This document shows positions 1-9,432 of a DNA stretch of 64,000 nucleotides, piece by piece; position 1 is the first letter of the stretch, and every line of letters begins with the position of its first letter. The DNA is from Alphaproteobacteria bacterium. Its GTDB lineage: Bacteria; Pseudomonadota; Alphaproteobacteria; UBA2966; CAIVPW01. Location of the stretch: assembly GCA_947481575.1 (NCBI GenBank), contig CANKGV010000004.1, positions 5,487 to 69,486 on the forward strand, in the 5' to 3' direction. The translations under genes were made by a program, and so were the position numbers. The notes below the pieces were generated by a model, which saw only the letters and a list, made by a program, of their open reading frames with translations, had not been told where the DNA came from and made no database searches.

Positions 1-1
1 G

Positions 2-244
2 GCGCACTACCCGTTTTCCTGGCGCACGGTGCTGCGGCGCGAATACCCTGGCTTCAATGCGGTTGCGATCGCGTTCCTCGTTCTCGACGCCGTGAAACAG
101 GTGGCGATTGCCGGGACGGGGTGGGGCGAGTGGTTCCGGACCGATCAAGCCTACCTCTGGGTCGCTGGTATCTCGATGGCGGGCTACCTCGCCGTTCGTT
201 CCCTAAAAAAACACACCGACGCGCTCAAGGTCGCCGGCCGCTGA
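2..244 (+). CDS. 3' end of an isoprenylcysteine-carboxyl-methyltransferase-like membrane protein (LmtA-like), truncated by the window edge
   Basis: Frame from nt 2 reads AHYPFSWRTVLRREYPGF...two TM stretches...YLAVRSLKKHTDALKVAGR. This resembles the C-terminus of the lipid A 1-phosphate methyltransferase family (from recall). Confidence 0.55.
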   Translation, partial: AHYPFSWRTVLRREYPGFNAVAIAFLVLDAVKQVAIAGTGWGEWFRTDQAYLWVAGISMAGYLAVRSLKKHTDALKVAGR

Positions 245-314
245 CCGCTCGGCGTACCAAGTGCCGGGGCATCGCTGCCACCGGCACCTGGTCCGGCGCG
301 GGAGGCGCGGAGGT

Positions 315-683
315 CTAGCCGAGTATGCCCGCGTCGCCTGCGCGCTCAGGCCCTGGGAGCAAGGCGCCGAGCCGCAGATAGAACTGGAATCCCGGATAGA
401 CCAGCACCGGCGGCGGCGCCCAGTACACGGGCGGCAGCGGCGCGGGTACGTACAGCACCGGCGGGCGATATTCGCGGTCGTGGCCGCGGCGCTCTTCGCG
501 CGGCGGCGGGCCGTGGCGGTGGTCCCGCGGATCGGGCCGCCGCCAATCGGCAACCTGTTCGTGGACGGTCGTCGCCGCGGGGGCGAGGGCGCTGCTGGAG
601 CGCAGTGGCGTAGCAAGCGCCATCGAAGGTGCCGAAACCGTCAGCGCGAGTGCGGCGCCGACTAAAGCGAGACGCGCATTCAT
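315..683 (-). CDS. Secreted proline-rich hypothetical protein
   Basis: ATG at 683; signal peptide MNARLALVGAALALTVSAPSMALA, then a charged tract and PPVLYVPAPLPPVYWAPPPV. Confidence 0.65.
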   Translation of the reverse strand: MNARLALVGAALALTVSAPSMALATPLRSSSALAPAATTVHEQVADWRRPDPRDHRHGPPPREERRGHDREYRPPVLYVPAPLPPVYWAPPPVLVYPGFQFYLRLGALLPGPERAGDAGILG

Positions 684-787
684 GTTTGGTGTCCCTGAGC
701 AACTCCCCCGTACTTCGGATACGCTAGCACTGGTGCAAGTCGCTGTCTCACAGAAACGTGAGCGATTGTGATAATGCGTTACCGCCC

Positions 788-1750
788 ATGATTCCGCCGC
801 GGATTGCCTTGGCTTTCGCCCTTGGTCTGGGGCTGGCCTGCGGGTCGCTCGGGCCGGTTCAGGCCCAAGCGATTGGGCAGTGGGAGGAGCTTGCGATCGA
901 TGGTGTGGAAGCATTCCAGCTGGGCGACTACGACCTTGCTGCTGAGCGTTTCGGCCGCGCACTCGCGGCCGCCCGCGACTACGGGGCGACCGACCAGCGG
1001 ATCACCAACAGCCTGATCAACCTCGCGCGGACCTTTCGCGTGCAGCGCCGCCTCGCCGAGGCAGAGCCGCTCTACCGCGAGGTCATCGCCCGCCAGGAAG
1101 CGGCCTACGGCATCGACGACCCCGACCTGGCGTTGTCGCTCGAAGCACTGGGCGGCATCTATGCGGCCCAGGCGCAATGGGCGGCGGCGGAGCCGGTGCT
1201 GCGCCGCGCCCTGCGCATCTTGGAGCGCACGGTCGGCTCCGAGCACCCGTACACCGCCGTCGTGGTGGCGGACCTCGGCGACGTTGCGCTCGGCACGGAT
1301 CGCAATGTCGAGGCGGTGGGGCTCTTCGCCCGCGTGGTAGCGATCCGCACAAAGTACTACGGGGAGCACCACCGCTCGCTCGCGGCGCCGCTGACGCGGG
1401 AAGGCATCGCATTGCGCGCCCTCAAGCGGAACGACGACGCACGCGAAGTGTTTATCGAGGCCTGGGCGATCTGGCAGCACGAGTCGGCGTTGCCGGGCGA
1501 GGTTACGCTGACCCTGCGCAACCTGATCGAGGTCGAGCGCCAGACCGGCCACTATGAGGCCGCCGCGCAGCACGGGCGCGAACTCATCGCCCACCGTGCC
1601 GATGAGGTTGGGCCGGACACCCTCGAGTTTGCCGCGGAGCTCGATGACTTCGCGCGCACCCTGCAGCTCGCCGGCGATCCGTCCCAGGCCCAGGCGATGG
1701 CCGACTGGGCTGCCGCGATCCGCGCAGCCGGCGGGGTCCGCGGGCCGTGA
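788..1750 (+). CDS. Exported tetratricopeptide-repeat protein (kinesin-light-chain-type TPR)
   Basis: Signal peptide; repeated AEPLY/AEPVLRRAL.I.E...G..HP..A motifs. Confidence 0.85.
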   Translation: MIPPRIALAFALGLGLACGSLGPVQAQAIGQWEELAIDGVEAFQLGDYDLAAERFGRALAAARDYGATDQRITNSLINLARTFRVQRRLAEAEPLYREVIARQEAAYGIDDPDLALSLEALGGIYAAQAQWAAAEPVLRRALRILERTVGSEHPYTAVVVADLGDVALGTDRNVEAVGLFARVVAIRTKYYGEHHRSLAAPLTREGIALRALKRNDDAREVFIEAWAIWQHESALPGEVTLTLRNLIEVERQTGHYEAAAQHGRELIAHRADEVGPDTLEFAAELDDFARTLQLAGDPSQAQAMADWAAAIRAAGGVRGP

Positions 1751-1815
1751 GGCGCCGGGGCACCTCGCGAACCGTTCAATTGGCAGCGCCGCGGCCATGG
1801 CATAGGCTTTGCGCG

Positions 1816-2463
1816 ATGGATACCCAAGTGGTTCGCCTGCCGTTCCTGCGCCTGCGCCGAATCGCTGCACTGGTGGTGCTGGGCACGGCGCTGGTTTTCG
1901 CTTCAGGCCCGCAGGGCGGGGCCAACGCGCAGAACAAGGCCAAGTTCGTAGCGGGCCAGATTCTGGTGGCTTCGGAAAAGATGACCGACCCGCGCTTCAC
2001 CAAAACCGTGGTGTTCGTGATCCGCCACGATCAACGAGGCGCGTTTGGCCTGATCGTCAACCGTCCGCTCGGCGATGCGCCGATCGATGCGATCCTGAAG
2101 GCCTACGCCGCCAGACCCACGGGCACCGACATTCAAGTGCAGGGCTACAACGGCGGGCCGGTCGAGCCCCAGCAGGTCAACGTGCTGCACACGCCGGACT
2201 ACCGCGGCACGGGCACCCAGCGCATCGGCATCGACGCCGCGCTGACGGATCCCAAAGTCGCCCTGCCGGCCATCGCCATCGGCAAAGGTCCGCGCCTGGC
2301 GATCGTTACGTTCGGGTATACCGGTTGGGGCGGCGGGCAACTTGAAGCGGAGATCACCGACGGGGCGTGGCAAGTGATCCCGCCCGACACCAAACTCTTG
2401 TTCGAAGTTCCGAACGAAGCGAAGTGGGAAACCGCGTACAGCCGCCGCGGCGTCGACCTCTAG
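1816..2463 (+). CDS. YqgE/AlgH (UPF0301) family protein with N-terminal signal-like extension
   Basis: GQILVA, DPRF..TVV, GAFGLIVNRP, GGPV, GYTGWGGGQLEAEI..GAW motifs. Confidence 0.9.
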   Translation: MDTQVVRLPFLRLRRIAALVVLGTALVFASGPQGGANAQNKAKFVAGQILVASEKMTDPRFTKTVVFVIRHDQRGAFGLIVNRPLGDAPIDAILKAYAARPTGTDIQVQGYNGGPVEPQQVNVLHTPDYRGTGTQRIGIDAALTDPKVALPAIAIGKGPRLAIVTFGYTGWGGGQLEAEITDGAWQVIPPDTKLLFEVPNEAKWETAYSRRGVDL

Positions 2464-2466
2464 CAC

Positions 2467-2706
2467 TCACTGGCGCGGGATAACGCCGCGGTCGTTCACC
2501 GTTGTGGGCACGGCAACCGGGCGTGGCTGCCACTGGCTGTAGACGAACGCCGGCACGGCCCCTAGCACCACCGCAAGCACCACCACGGCTTTCCAGTCGA
2601 GGTCGCTCAACCGGAGGCGCCGGTGCAGCATGCGGGACCGGCCGGTCACCAATACGGCGCCGACGAGTGCCGCCCCCACCAGCCAGACGATTGCCACTTC
2701 CGTCAT
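2467..2706 (-). CDS. Small two-TM membrane protein
   Basis: ATG 2 nt after the stop of the upstream gene; two hydrophobic segments. Confidence 0.6.
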   Translation of the reverse strand: MTEVAIVWLVGAALVGAVLVTGRSRMLHRRLRLSDLDWKAVVVLAVVLGAVPAFVYSQWQPRPVAVPTTVNDRGVIPRQ

Positions 2707-2708
2707 TA

Positions 2709-3869
2709 TCAGCCGCCCGGATTGAGTTCGGCCAGCACGGCGCGGGCGATCGTCAGCGCTTGGGCGCGCGGGGTGCCCGGCGCCAGGCGCGGGTCGTAGA
2801 GAACGCGGATCAGCGCCTTGTCGACGATCGACAGGCTGGTGAGCTTCATGCCGTCGTTGAACAATGACGGCGCCACTCGGTAGTCGTCGTTGGGCAGCCC
2901 GAGACTCTGGGTAAGCTCTTCCAACAGGCAGTGGGTCAACTCCTGGTCGTCGAGATCGGCGTTAGCGATCACGCGCCCCCGCAGCATTTGTCCGCTCAAC
3001 GGGTCGGCGTATGTCAGGAAGAAACAGTTCGCGTCCTTGATCTGGTCGATGTCATGGGGATTGTCAGCGAGGTACTTGCGCGCGTCATCGAGGAGATGCG
3101 CGGTGTCGGAGAACATGATGATGTAGTTCGCTCCTGCGCCGTCACCCTTCACCCGCTCGAACTTCACCTGACTGAACTTGGTCAGTTCCTCCGTATCGAC
3201 TTGAATCTGCGCCAGAAAACGGTCGGCGACCGCCTGGCTGTGAGGGTCGCGACTGATGACGCGGTAGCGGATTGGCACCGTCCACTTGCGCACGATCGGC
3301 GCAGCGAGGCCTTTGATTTCGCTGCCGAACACGATGGTTTCGAAGAATGTCGCGTACAGATCATTTGTGCCCTTCGGAGACACTAGGTCAGTCGTCGCAC
3401 CTGCCAGATTGATCCCGCACGCGTCGACGATCCGCTTGGCGATAGATCCCCCGCCGTCCAGGGAGAAGAGAGCAGTGACAGTTCCCTGGCGAGTTGTCGC
3501 GACCCGAGCCGTTAGAACGTTGGTCGTGCCAAACGCCCGAAGAATCGCGAGCGCATCAGGAAAAAGCGTTGCCGTATCGTCGTTAATGTGAGCGGCGACA
3601 AGTGCGACCGCTGGCGTTGCATCGGACTGGAGGGTGACTTGCGACGGGTTGGCCGCGAGCTTCTCGCCCCAGGCGACATAGACATACGGACGGGTTCCAT
3701 CGCACCCGGCGACGAGTTGATATGGTCCTTGGGCGCCACCGCCGGCCTTAGCGGGCAACCGTGCCTCAACTGTTTCGGCCTGAGTCACTCTCGCGGGAGC
3801 AGTCGCAAGGCCTAGCCCAAGGCCCACCGAAGCTGCCAGCGCCACGACATGGATCGCATGGCGAATCAT
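2709..3869 (-). CDS. Exported DUF2927-domain protein with an extra N-terminal domain
   Basis: Signal peptide from MIRHAIH; C-terminal VRKW..P, C..., HCLLEELTQSLGLPND, SLFND, LYDPRLAPG typical of DUF2927. Confidence 0.75.
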   Translation of the reverse strand: MIRHAIHVVALAASVGLGLGLATAPARVTQAETVEARLPAKAGGGAQGPYQLVAGCDGTRPYVYVAWGEKLAANPSQVTLQSDATPAVALVAAHINDDTATLFPDALAILRAFGTTNVLTARVATTRQGTVTALFSLDGGGSIAKRIVDACGINLAGATTDLVSPKGTNDLYATFFETIVFGSEIKGLAAPIVRKWTVPIRYRVISRDPHSQAVADRFLAQIQVDTEELTKFSQVKFERVKGDGAGANYIIMFSDTAHLLDDARKYLADNPHDIDQIKDANCFFLTYADPLSGQMLRGRVIANADLDDQELTHCLLEELTQSLGLPNDDYRVAPSLFNDGMKLTSLSIVDKALIRVLYDPRLAPGTPRAQALTIARAVLAELNPGG

Positions 3870-4069
3870 GACGAGAAGGGTACCGCCCGAAGGCTTGTCA
3901 GTGCTAGCTCGGATTGCGCGGGCAATGTCCTCGAACCTCCACTGGAAGCGTTCGCCTTCCTCAGGCCCGAGCAGCTGCCACCGTGACACTGGGAGTTGGC
4001 GACCCAGGACAACGTACAATACGATTAGTATGATGTCAACATGTAACGTTGGCGGCCGCCCATCTGCCG

Positions 4070-4138
4070 ATCGCTATCTTTGACGCGATACGACGTGGGC
4101 GCTAGCCTGTGGCGCTATATCCGGTCGTGCAGCACGCT
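4070..4138 (+). promoter_or_regulatory. modA promoter (TTGACG-N17-TAGCCT) with two ModE-box-like sites
   Basis: -35 at 4080-4085, -10 at 4103-4108; ATCGCTATCTT-N6-GATACGACG and CGCTATATC-N6-TGCAGCACG resemble the ModE consensus CGNTATATA-N6-TATATAACG. Confidence 0.55.
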
Positions 4139-4163
4139 CGGGCCATACAAGGGAGACGATGCG

Positions 4164-4928
4164 ATGTCGGGCTGGTCACGGATTGCGGCGGTGGCGTTGG
4201 CCACCGTGGTGGGTGGTGGGGCCCTTGCGGCCCGGCCGGCGCTGGCGGTGGACGTGCCGGTCGCGGTCGCGGCGAATTTCACCGATGCTGCCACTGCAAT
4301 CGGCAAGGCGTTCGAAGCCAAGACCGGCAACAAAGCGGTATTCAGCTTCGGCGCGACCGGTGCGCTGTACACCCAGATCACCCAGGGTGCGCCGTTCCAG
4401 GTGTTCCTGTCGGCGGACCAGGCGACCGCCAAGAAGGCGGTGGACGAGGGCAACGCGGTTGCCGGTTCGCAGTTCACCTACGTGGTTGGCAAGATCGTGC
4501 TCTACAGCAAGAACACCGCGCTGGTGAAAGGCGCCGATACACTGAAGACCGCCACCTTCCAAAAGGTCGCCATCGCCAACCCGGCCGCCGCGCCCTATGG
4601 CGCCGCAGCGGTGGAGGCAATGAAGGCCCTCGGTGTTTACGACGCGGTCCAGCCGAAGCTGGTGCTGGGCGACAACATCACCCAGACCTACCAGTTCATC
4701 GACACTGGCAACGCGGAGCTCGGCTTTGTCGCGCTGTCGCAGGTGGTCACAGTCACCGGTGGCTCGCGGTGGCTCGTGGACGACAAGCTCTACACGCCGA
4801 TCAAGCAGGATGCGGTGATCACCAAGGCGGGCGCTAACGCAGCCGCCGCCAAAGCGTTCGTCGATTTCCTCAAGGGCCCGGAAGCCGCTGCGGTGATCGA
4901 GAAGTTCGGTTACGGTAAGGGGAACTAG
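4164..4928 (+). CDS. modA: Molybdate ABC transporter substrate-binding protein
   Basis: Signal peptide; VAVAANF, SFGATG.LY.QI..GAPF.VFLSAD, AIANP..APYG.AA; AGGGAG RBS. Confidence 0.96.
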   Translation: MSGWSRIAAVALATVVGGGALAARPALAVDVPVAVAANFTDAATAIGKAFEAKTGNKAVFSFGATGALYTQITQGAPFQVFLSADQATAKKAVDEGNAVAGSQFTYVVGKIVLYSKNTALVKGADTLKTATFQKVAIANPAAAPYGAAAVEAMKALGVYDAVQPKLVLGDNITQTYQFIDTGNAELGFVALSQVVTVTGGSRWLVDDKLYTPIKQDAVITKAGANAAAAKAFVDFLKGPEAAAVIEKFGYGKGN

Positions 4929-4949
4929 GCTTCGCCAATCAGGGTCGAC

Positions 4950-5633
4950 GTGCCGCATTGGGTTGATCTTTGGCCGCCGATCCGGTTGACGCTCGAACTG
5001 GCGTCGCTCACCACCATCCTGCTGATGGTCGTGGGCACGCCGATCGCGTGGTGGCTCGCGCGTTCTAAGGCCCGCTGGAAGGAGGCGGTGGCCGCGGTCG
5101 TGGCGTTGCCGCTGGTGCTGCCTCCCACGGTGCTCGGCTTCTACCTGCTGCTGTTCCTGGGCCCCCAGGGTCCGGGCGGCGAAGTGGCGTCGTGGTTCGG
5201 CCTGCGCACTTTCGCGTTTACGTTCTCCGGCCTCGTGTTCGGCTCGGTCCTATACTCCATGCCGTTTGTGGTGCAACCGATCCGCAATGCGTTCGCAGCG
5301 TTCGGCGACCGCCCGCTCGAAGTCGCCGCGACCCTGCGCGCCAGCCCGTGGGATACGTTCTGGTCCGTAGCGGTGCCGCTCGCCAGTCCGGGGTTCTTGA
5401 CCGGCGCGGTGCTTGGTTTCGCCCACACAGTCGGCGAGTTCGGCGTGGTGCTGATGATCGGCGGCAACATTCCGGGCCGCACCCGCACCCTGTCGGTGGC
5501 GATCTACGATTACGTCAACACCCTGCACTGGACCGAGGCCCACGTCATCGCCGCGGGCATGGTGGTGTTCTCGTTCACCGTGATCCTCGCGATGATGCTG
5601 CTGGAGAAGCGGATCGGGCGTTCCACCCGATGA
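4950..5633 (+). CDS. modB: Molybdate ABC transporter permease
   Basis: [35 protein letters not shown]. Confidence 0.96.
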   Translation: MPHWVDLWPPIRLTLELASLTTILLMVVGTPIAWWLARSKARWKEAVAAVVALPLVLPPTVLGFYLLLFLGPQGPGGEVASWFGLRTFAFTFSGLVFGSVLYSMPFVVQPIRNAFAAFGDRPLEVAATLRASPWDTFWSVAVPLASPGFLTGAVLGFAHTVGEFGVVLMIGGNIPGRTRTLSVAIYDYVNTLHWTEAHVIAAGMVVFSFTVILAMMLLEKRIGRSTR

Positions 5634-6766
5634 GCGCCGACCCCGGCGCCATCGCCGCGCGCTACGCCGGTACCCTTGGCGGCTTCACGCTCGATGCCGC
5701 GTTCACGGTGCCGATGCACGGGATCACCGCGCTGTTCGGCGCTTCCGGCAGCGGCAAGACCACGATCCTGCGCGCCATCGCCGGGCTCCAACGACTGCCC
5801 GGCAGCCTGTCGGTCGGCGGCGAGGTCTGGCAGGACGATGCAGCGGGGGTGTTCCGGCGCCCGCACGAGCGCCCGGTCGGTTATGTGTTCCAGGAAGCGA
5901 GTTTGTTTCCGCACCTCTCGGTGCGGCGCAATTTGGTATTCGGCCGCGACCGTGCCGTTGCCGCCGGGGCGGCGGAGGACGTGCGCTTCGACGACGTGGT
6001 GGAATTCCTCGGTTTGGCCAAACTCCTGGATCGTGCGCCCGCGCGCCTATCGGGCGGTGAGCGTCAGCGCGTGGCAATCGGCCGGGCGCTGCTGGCCCAG
6101 CCCAAGCTGCTGCTGATGGATGAGCCGCTCGCCGCTCTGGATCTCGCCAGCAAGGAAGATATTCTGCCGTACTTGGAGACGCTGCATGAGCGGCTTCAGG
6201 TTCCGGCGCTCTACGTGAGCCACGATCTCGCCGAGGTGCAGCGCCTCGCGGACACTATCGTGCTGCTCGAACACGGCAAGGTTCTGGCCACCGGCCCGCT
6301 CGCCGATGTGCTGACCGACGTGAACTTGCCCAGCGCCCGCCGCCCCGACGCCTCCGCGGTGCTGGACGCCGAAGTGGGCGCGTACGACGAACGCTATGGC
6401 CTCACGGCGGTCACGGTCGACGGCGGCGCCTTGCTGGTGCCGGGCCGCATCGGCGAGCCTGGCGCTCACCGCCGTATCCGCATTGCCGCGGCCGACGTCA
6501 GTCTCGCCATCGAGCGGCCTTCCCGCACGACAATCACCAACGTGCTGCCGGCGCGCGTCGTCGAACTGCGGCCGATCGACGACGCTCAGATGAACGTTGT
6601 TCTGACATTGGGGGAGCGCGGCGAGGGGGCCCGGGTGCTGGCGCGCGTCACGCGCCGGTCGGTCGAACTGCTGGGCATCGCGACGGGGCAGGCCGTCTTT
6701 GCGCAGGTGAAGGCCGTGTCCATGATCCGCCGCAAGCGCACTGCGGTCAGTATCCGCAGGGGATAG
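5630..6766 (+). CDS. modC: Molybdate ABC transporter ATPase
   Basis: ATGA overlap with modB; Walker [25 protein letters not shown]-terminal TOBE domain. Confidence 0.96.
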   Translation: MSADPGAIAARYAGTLGGFTLDAAFTVPMHGITALFGASGSGKTTILRAIAGLQRLPGSLSVGGEVWQDDAAGVFRRPHERPVGYVFQEASLFPHLSVRRNLVFGRDRAVAAGAAEDVRFDDVVEFLGLAKLLDRAPARLSGGERQRVAIGRALLAQPKLLLMDEPLAALDLASKEDILPYLETLHERLQVPALYVSHDLAEVQRLADTIVLLEHGKVLATGPLADVLTDVNLPSARRPDASAVLDAEVGAYDERYGLTAVTVDGGALLVPGRIGEPGAHRRIRIAAADVSLAIERPSRTTITNVLPARVVELRPIDDAQMNVVLTLGERGEGARVLARVTRRSVELLGIATGQAVFAQVKAVSMIRRKRTAVSIRRG

Positions 6767-6794
6767 CGAAGGCGCCGCAGGCTTGCGTCTTGGT

Positions 6795-7235
6795 CTAGTG
6801 GTTCGACTTGCCGTACATCGCGGCGGGGTCGATCTCCGGTTCCGTGGTCACGACGAGCTTGCCGTCCCGCACCATGTTGAACCAGCAACTCATACGGCCG
6901 GTGTGGCAGGCCACGCCCTTTTGGCGCACCACCAGCAACAGCGCGTCGCCGTCGCAGTCGAGGCGGATCTCCACGACCTTTTGGGTGTGGCCGGATGATT
7001 CGCCCTTGTGCCACTGGAAACCGCGCGAGCGGGAAAAGTAGTGCGCTTCGCCGGTGGACAGCGTGCGGGCGATGGCGGCCTTGTTCATCCAACCCAGCAT
7101 CAGCACCTGGCCCGAGTCGAACTGCTGCACCACCGCGGGCACCAGACCATGCTCGTCGAACTTGATGGCGTTGAGCAGCGACGAGCCCGGTTCAGGCGCC
7201 GTATGGACCGGGGTTGAGGAATCCGCGCTCGCCAT
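6795..7235 (-). CDS. hisI: Phosphoribosyl-AMP cyclohydrolase
   Basis: GLVPAVVQ, FSRSR..WHKGESSGH, DCDGD, ACHTGR.SC. Confidence 0.95.
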   Translation of the reverse strand: MASADSSTPVHTAPEPGSSLLNAIKFDEHGLVPAVVQQFDSGQVLMLGWMNKAAIARTLSTGEAHYFSRSRGFQWHKGESSGHTQKVVEIRLDCDGDALLLVVRQKGVACHTGRMSCWFNMVRDGKLVVTTEPEIDPAAMYGKSNH

Positions 7236-7260
7236 TACCGTATTCTCCACAAAGGCCTGC

Positions 7261-7279
7261 ACCCGCAAATTTTGCGGGT
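7261..7279. promoter_or_regulatory. Perfect 9-1-9 inverted repeat in the divergent hisI/zur intergenic region (candidate operator)
   Basis: ACCCGCAAA-T-TTTGCGGGT, followed by a TATAAG element. Confidence 0.35.
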
Positions 7280-7318
7280 TGGTATAAGATACCTGGGTTC
7301 CAAAGGACAGGACGACGA

Positions 7319-7834
7319 ATGGCGCAACCGCGCAAGTCTGCCGTTAGAACCACCCGGGGCCCCGAGCACGACCACGCCCGCTGCGCGAGCGACGCGCTCG
7401 CCCGGGCCGAACAGGTATGCCAGGAGCGCAACGTGCGGCTCACGCCGATCCGGCGCCGGGTGCTGGAGCTGATCTGGCGCAGCCATGCGCCGGTGGGGGC
7501 CTACGAGCTGCTCGAGCACCTGCGCGAGAACGGCCGCCGGGCGGCGCCGCCGACGGTGTACCGCGCACTCGAGTTCCTCCGTGACAACGGTCTGATCCAC
7601 CGCATCGAGTCGCGCAATGCGTTTGCCGGTTGCGAGCATCCCAATGCGCCGCACACCGCGCAGTACTTGTTGTGCGACGAATGCGGTGACGCGATCGAGT
7701 TGGAGATTGCCGGACTCGCCCGCCGCATCGAAACGCGCGCGGCGGAGATGGGGTTTCAGGTCGCCCGCCAAACTGTCGAAGCCAACGGTCTGTGCCGGCG
7801 CTGCCGGCCCGACTCGTCAACCCACGCCCGCTGA
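7319..7834 (+). CDS. zur: Zinc uptake regulator (Fur family)
   Basis: HDH..C, RLTP.RRRVLE, PPTVYRALEFL, two CxxC pairs; directly upstream of znuCB. Confidence 0.93.
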   Translation: MAQPRKSAVRTTRGPEHDHARCASDALARAEQVCQERNVRLTPIRRRVLELIWRSHAPVGAYELLEHLRENGRRAAPPTVYRALEFLRDNGLIHRIESRNAFAGCEHPNAPHTAQYLLCDECGDAIELEIAGLARRIETRAAEMGFQVARQTVEANGLCRRCRPDSSTHAR

Positions 7835-7835
7835 C

Positions 7836-8633
7836 ATGCCCAACGCCGCGCCCATGCCCCTGATCGAGGGGGTGGGCCTTACCGTCATTCGCAACGGCGA
7901 GCCGGTGCTCGACCGCGTCGATATCGCTATGGCCAGCGGCGAAACGGTCACCATCGTCGGCCCCAACGGCGCCGGCAAAACGACGCTACTGCGTGTGCTG
8001 ATGGGCCTGATGCGTCCGCACTCCGGTACCGTTACGCGCCGCCCCGGCCTGCGGATCGGCTACCTGCCGCAACAAGTCCCGATCGACCCGGCGCTGCCGC
8101 TCACCGTGCGGCGCCTGCTCAGTTTGCGGATCGACGCCACCAACGAGGCGCGCTTGCAGCGGCTGGCGGAGGTAGGCGCCCGCGACTTGGTCGACCGTTC
8201 TGTGCACACCCTGTCGGGGGGTGAGTTGCGCCGCGTGCTGCTGGCGCGGGCGCTGCTGCGGGAACCCGATCTGTTGGTCTTGGATGAGCCGGTGCAGGGC
8301 GTCGACATCACCGGCCAGGCGGAGCTGTATGGCTTGATCGCTCAAGTGGCGCGCGCCCGCACGCTGGGTGTGTTGATGGTGTCCCACGAGTTGCATTTCG
8401 TGATGGCCACCACCGATCGCGTGCTGTGCCTGAACCACCACGTGTGCTGCGCCGGGGCGCCGGAATCGGTGCGCGCCCATCCCGAGTATCTGGCGCTGTT
8501 CGGCGGGGAAGCTGCGGGCGTTGCGGTCTATCACCACCACCACGATCACAAACACGGCGCGTCCGGCGAGGTGCTGCCGCTACCGCACACCCACACCGAG
8601 CCCCACAACCCCAACGACCACCACCATGGGTGA
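7836..8633 (+). CDS. znuC: Zinc ABC transporter ATPase with His-rich tail
   Basis: GPNGAGKT, LSGGELRRVLLARAL, CLNHHVCC.G.PE, tail YHHHHDHKH...HHHG. Confidence 0.95.
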   Translation: MPNAAPMPLIEGVGLTVIRNGEPVLDRVDIAMASGETVTIVGPNGAGKTTLLRVLMGLMRPHSGTVTRRPGLRIGYLPQQVPIDPALPLTVRRLLSLRIDATNEARLQRLAEVGARDLVDRSVHTLSGGELRRVLLARALLREPDLLVLDEPVQGVDITGQAELYGLIAQVARARTLGVLMVSHELHFVMATTDRVLCLNHHVCCAGAPESVRAHPEYLALFGGEAAGVAVYHHHHDHKHGASGEVLPLPHTHTEPHNPNDHHHG

Positions 8634-9432
8634 TTTCATCCTGCGCGCCGCCCTCGGCGGCATCGGCGTGGCCCTCGTGTCGGGCCCGGTGGGCAGCTTC
8701 ATCGTGTGGCGGCGCATGGTGGTGTTCGGCTCGGCGCTGTCCCATTCGGCGCTGCTCGGCGTTGCGCTCGGCATCGTGTGGAACATCGGCATTGCGCCGG
8801 CCGCCATCGCCGTATGCGCTGCGGTGGCCGTGATCTACCTCGCGCTGTCGCGCGACCGGCGCGTAGCGGACGATGCGGTGCTCGGCATTGTCGCTCACGC
8901 CGCGTTGGCCCTCGGCCTGATGGTGGTGGCCTACGTCGAAACCGTGCGGGCCGATCTGCTCAGCTTCTTGTTCGGCGACGTACTTGCGGTTTCGGTCGCC
9001 GATCTCGCGTGGATCTGGGGCGGCGGCCTCGCCGTGCTCGCCGTGCTGGCGGTGATCTGGCGGCCGCTGCTGGCCATGACAGTGCACGAGGAGCTGGCCG
9101 CGGTCGAAGGCGTGCCGGTCGCCGTGGTGCGGCTGGTGTTCATGCTGGCGGTATCGGTGGTGACGGGCGTCGCGCTCAAGATTGTCGGCGCGCTGCTAAT
9201 CATTTCGTTGCTCATCATCCCGGCCGCCACGGCGCGCCGGTTCACCACCACGCCGGAGTCGATGGCGCTGGTCGCCTCGCTGGTCGGCGTGGTTGCCGTG
9301 CTGGGGGGACTGCAGGCTTCGATCTGGTGGGATGCGCCGGCGGGGCCGGCGATCGTGCTGGTGGCGACGGTACTGTTTCTGCTCAGCGTCGCGGTTGCGC
9401 CGTTGCTGGCGCACCGGCAAGGGCGCCGGTGA
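8626..9432 (+). CDS. znuB: Zinc ABC transporter permease
   Basis: VWRRM..FG..LSHSALLG, LFGDVLAV, VGALLI.SLLIIPAATAR. Confidence 0.95.
   Translation: MGDFILRAALGGIGVALVSGPVGSFIVWRRMVVFGSALSHSALLGVALGIVWNIGIAPAAIAVCAAVAVIYLALSRDRRVADDAVLGIVAHAALALGLMVVAYVETVRADLLSFLFGDVLAVSVADLAWIWGGGLAVLAVLAVIWRPLLAMTVHEELAAVEGVPVAVVRLVFMLAVSVVTGVALKIVGALLIISLLIIPAATARRFTTTPESMALVASLVGVVAVLGGLQASIWWDAPAGPAIVLVATVLFLLSVAVAPLLAHRQGRR

Noticed and set aside
5192..5629. Long N-terminal extension of ModC; similar extensions on znuC, znuB, metC, dsbA, hscA, bcp and the 12964 kinase
   Set aside because: They overlap upstream genes in other frames; downstream starts with coupling or an RBS fit the known protein lengths
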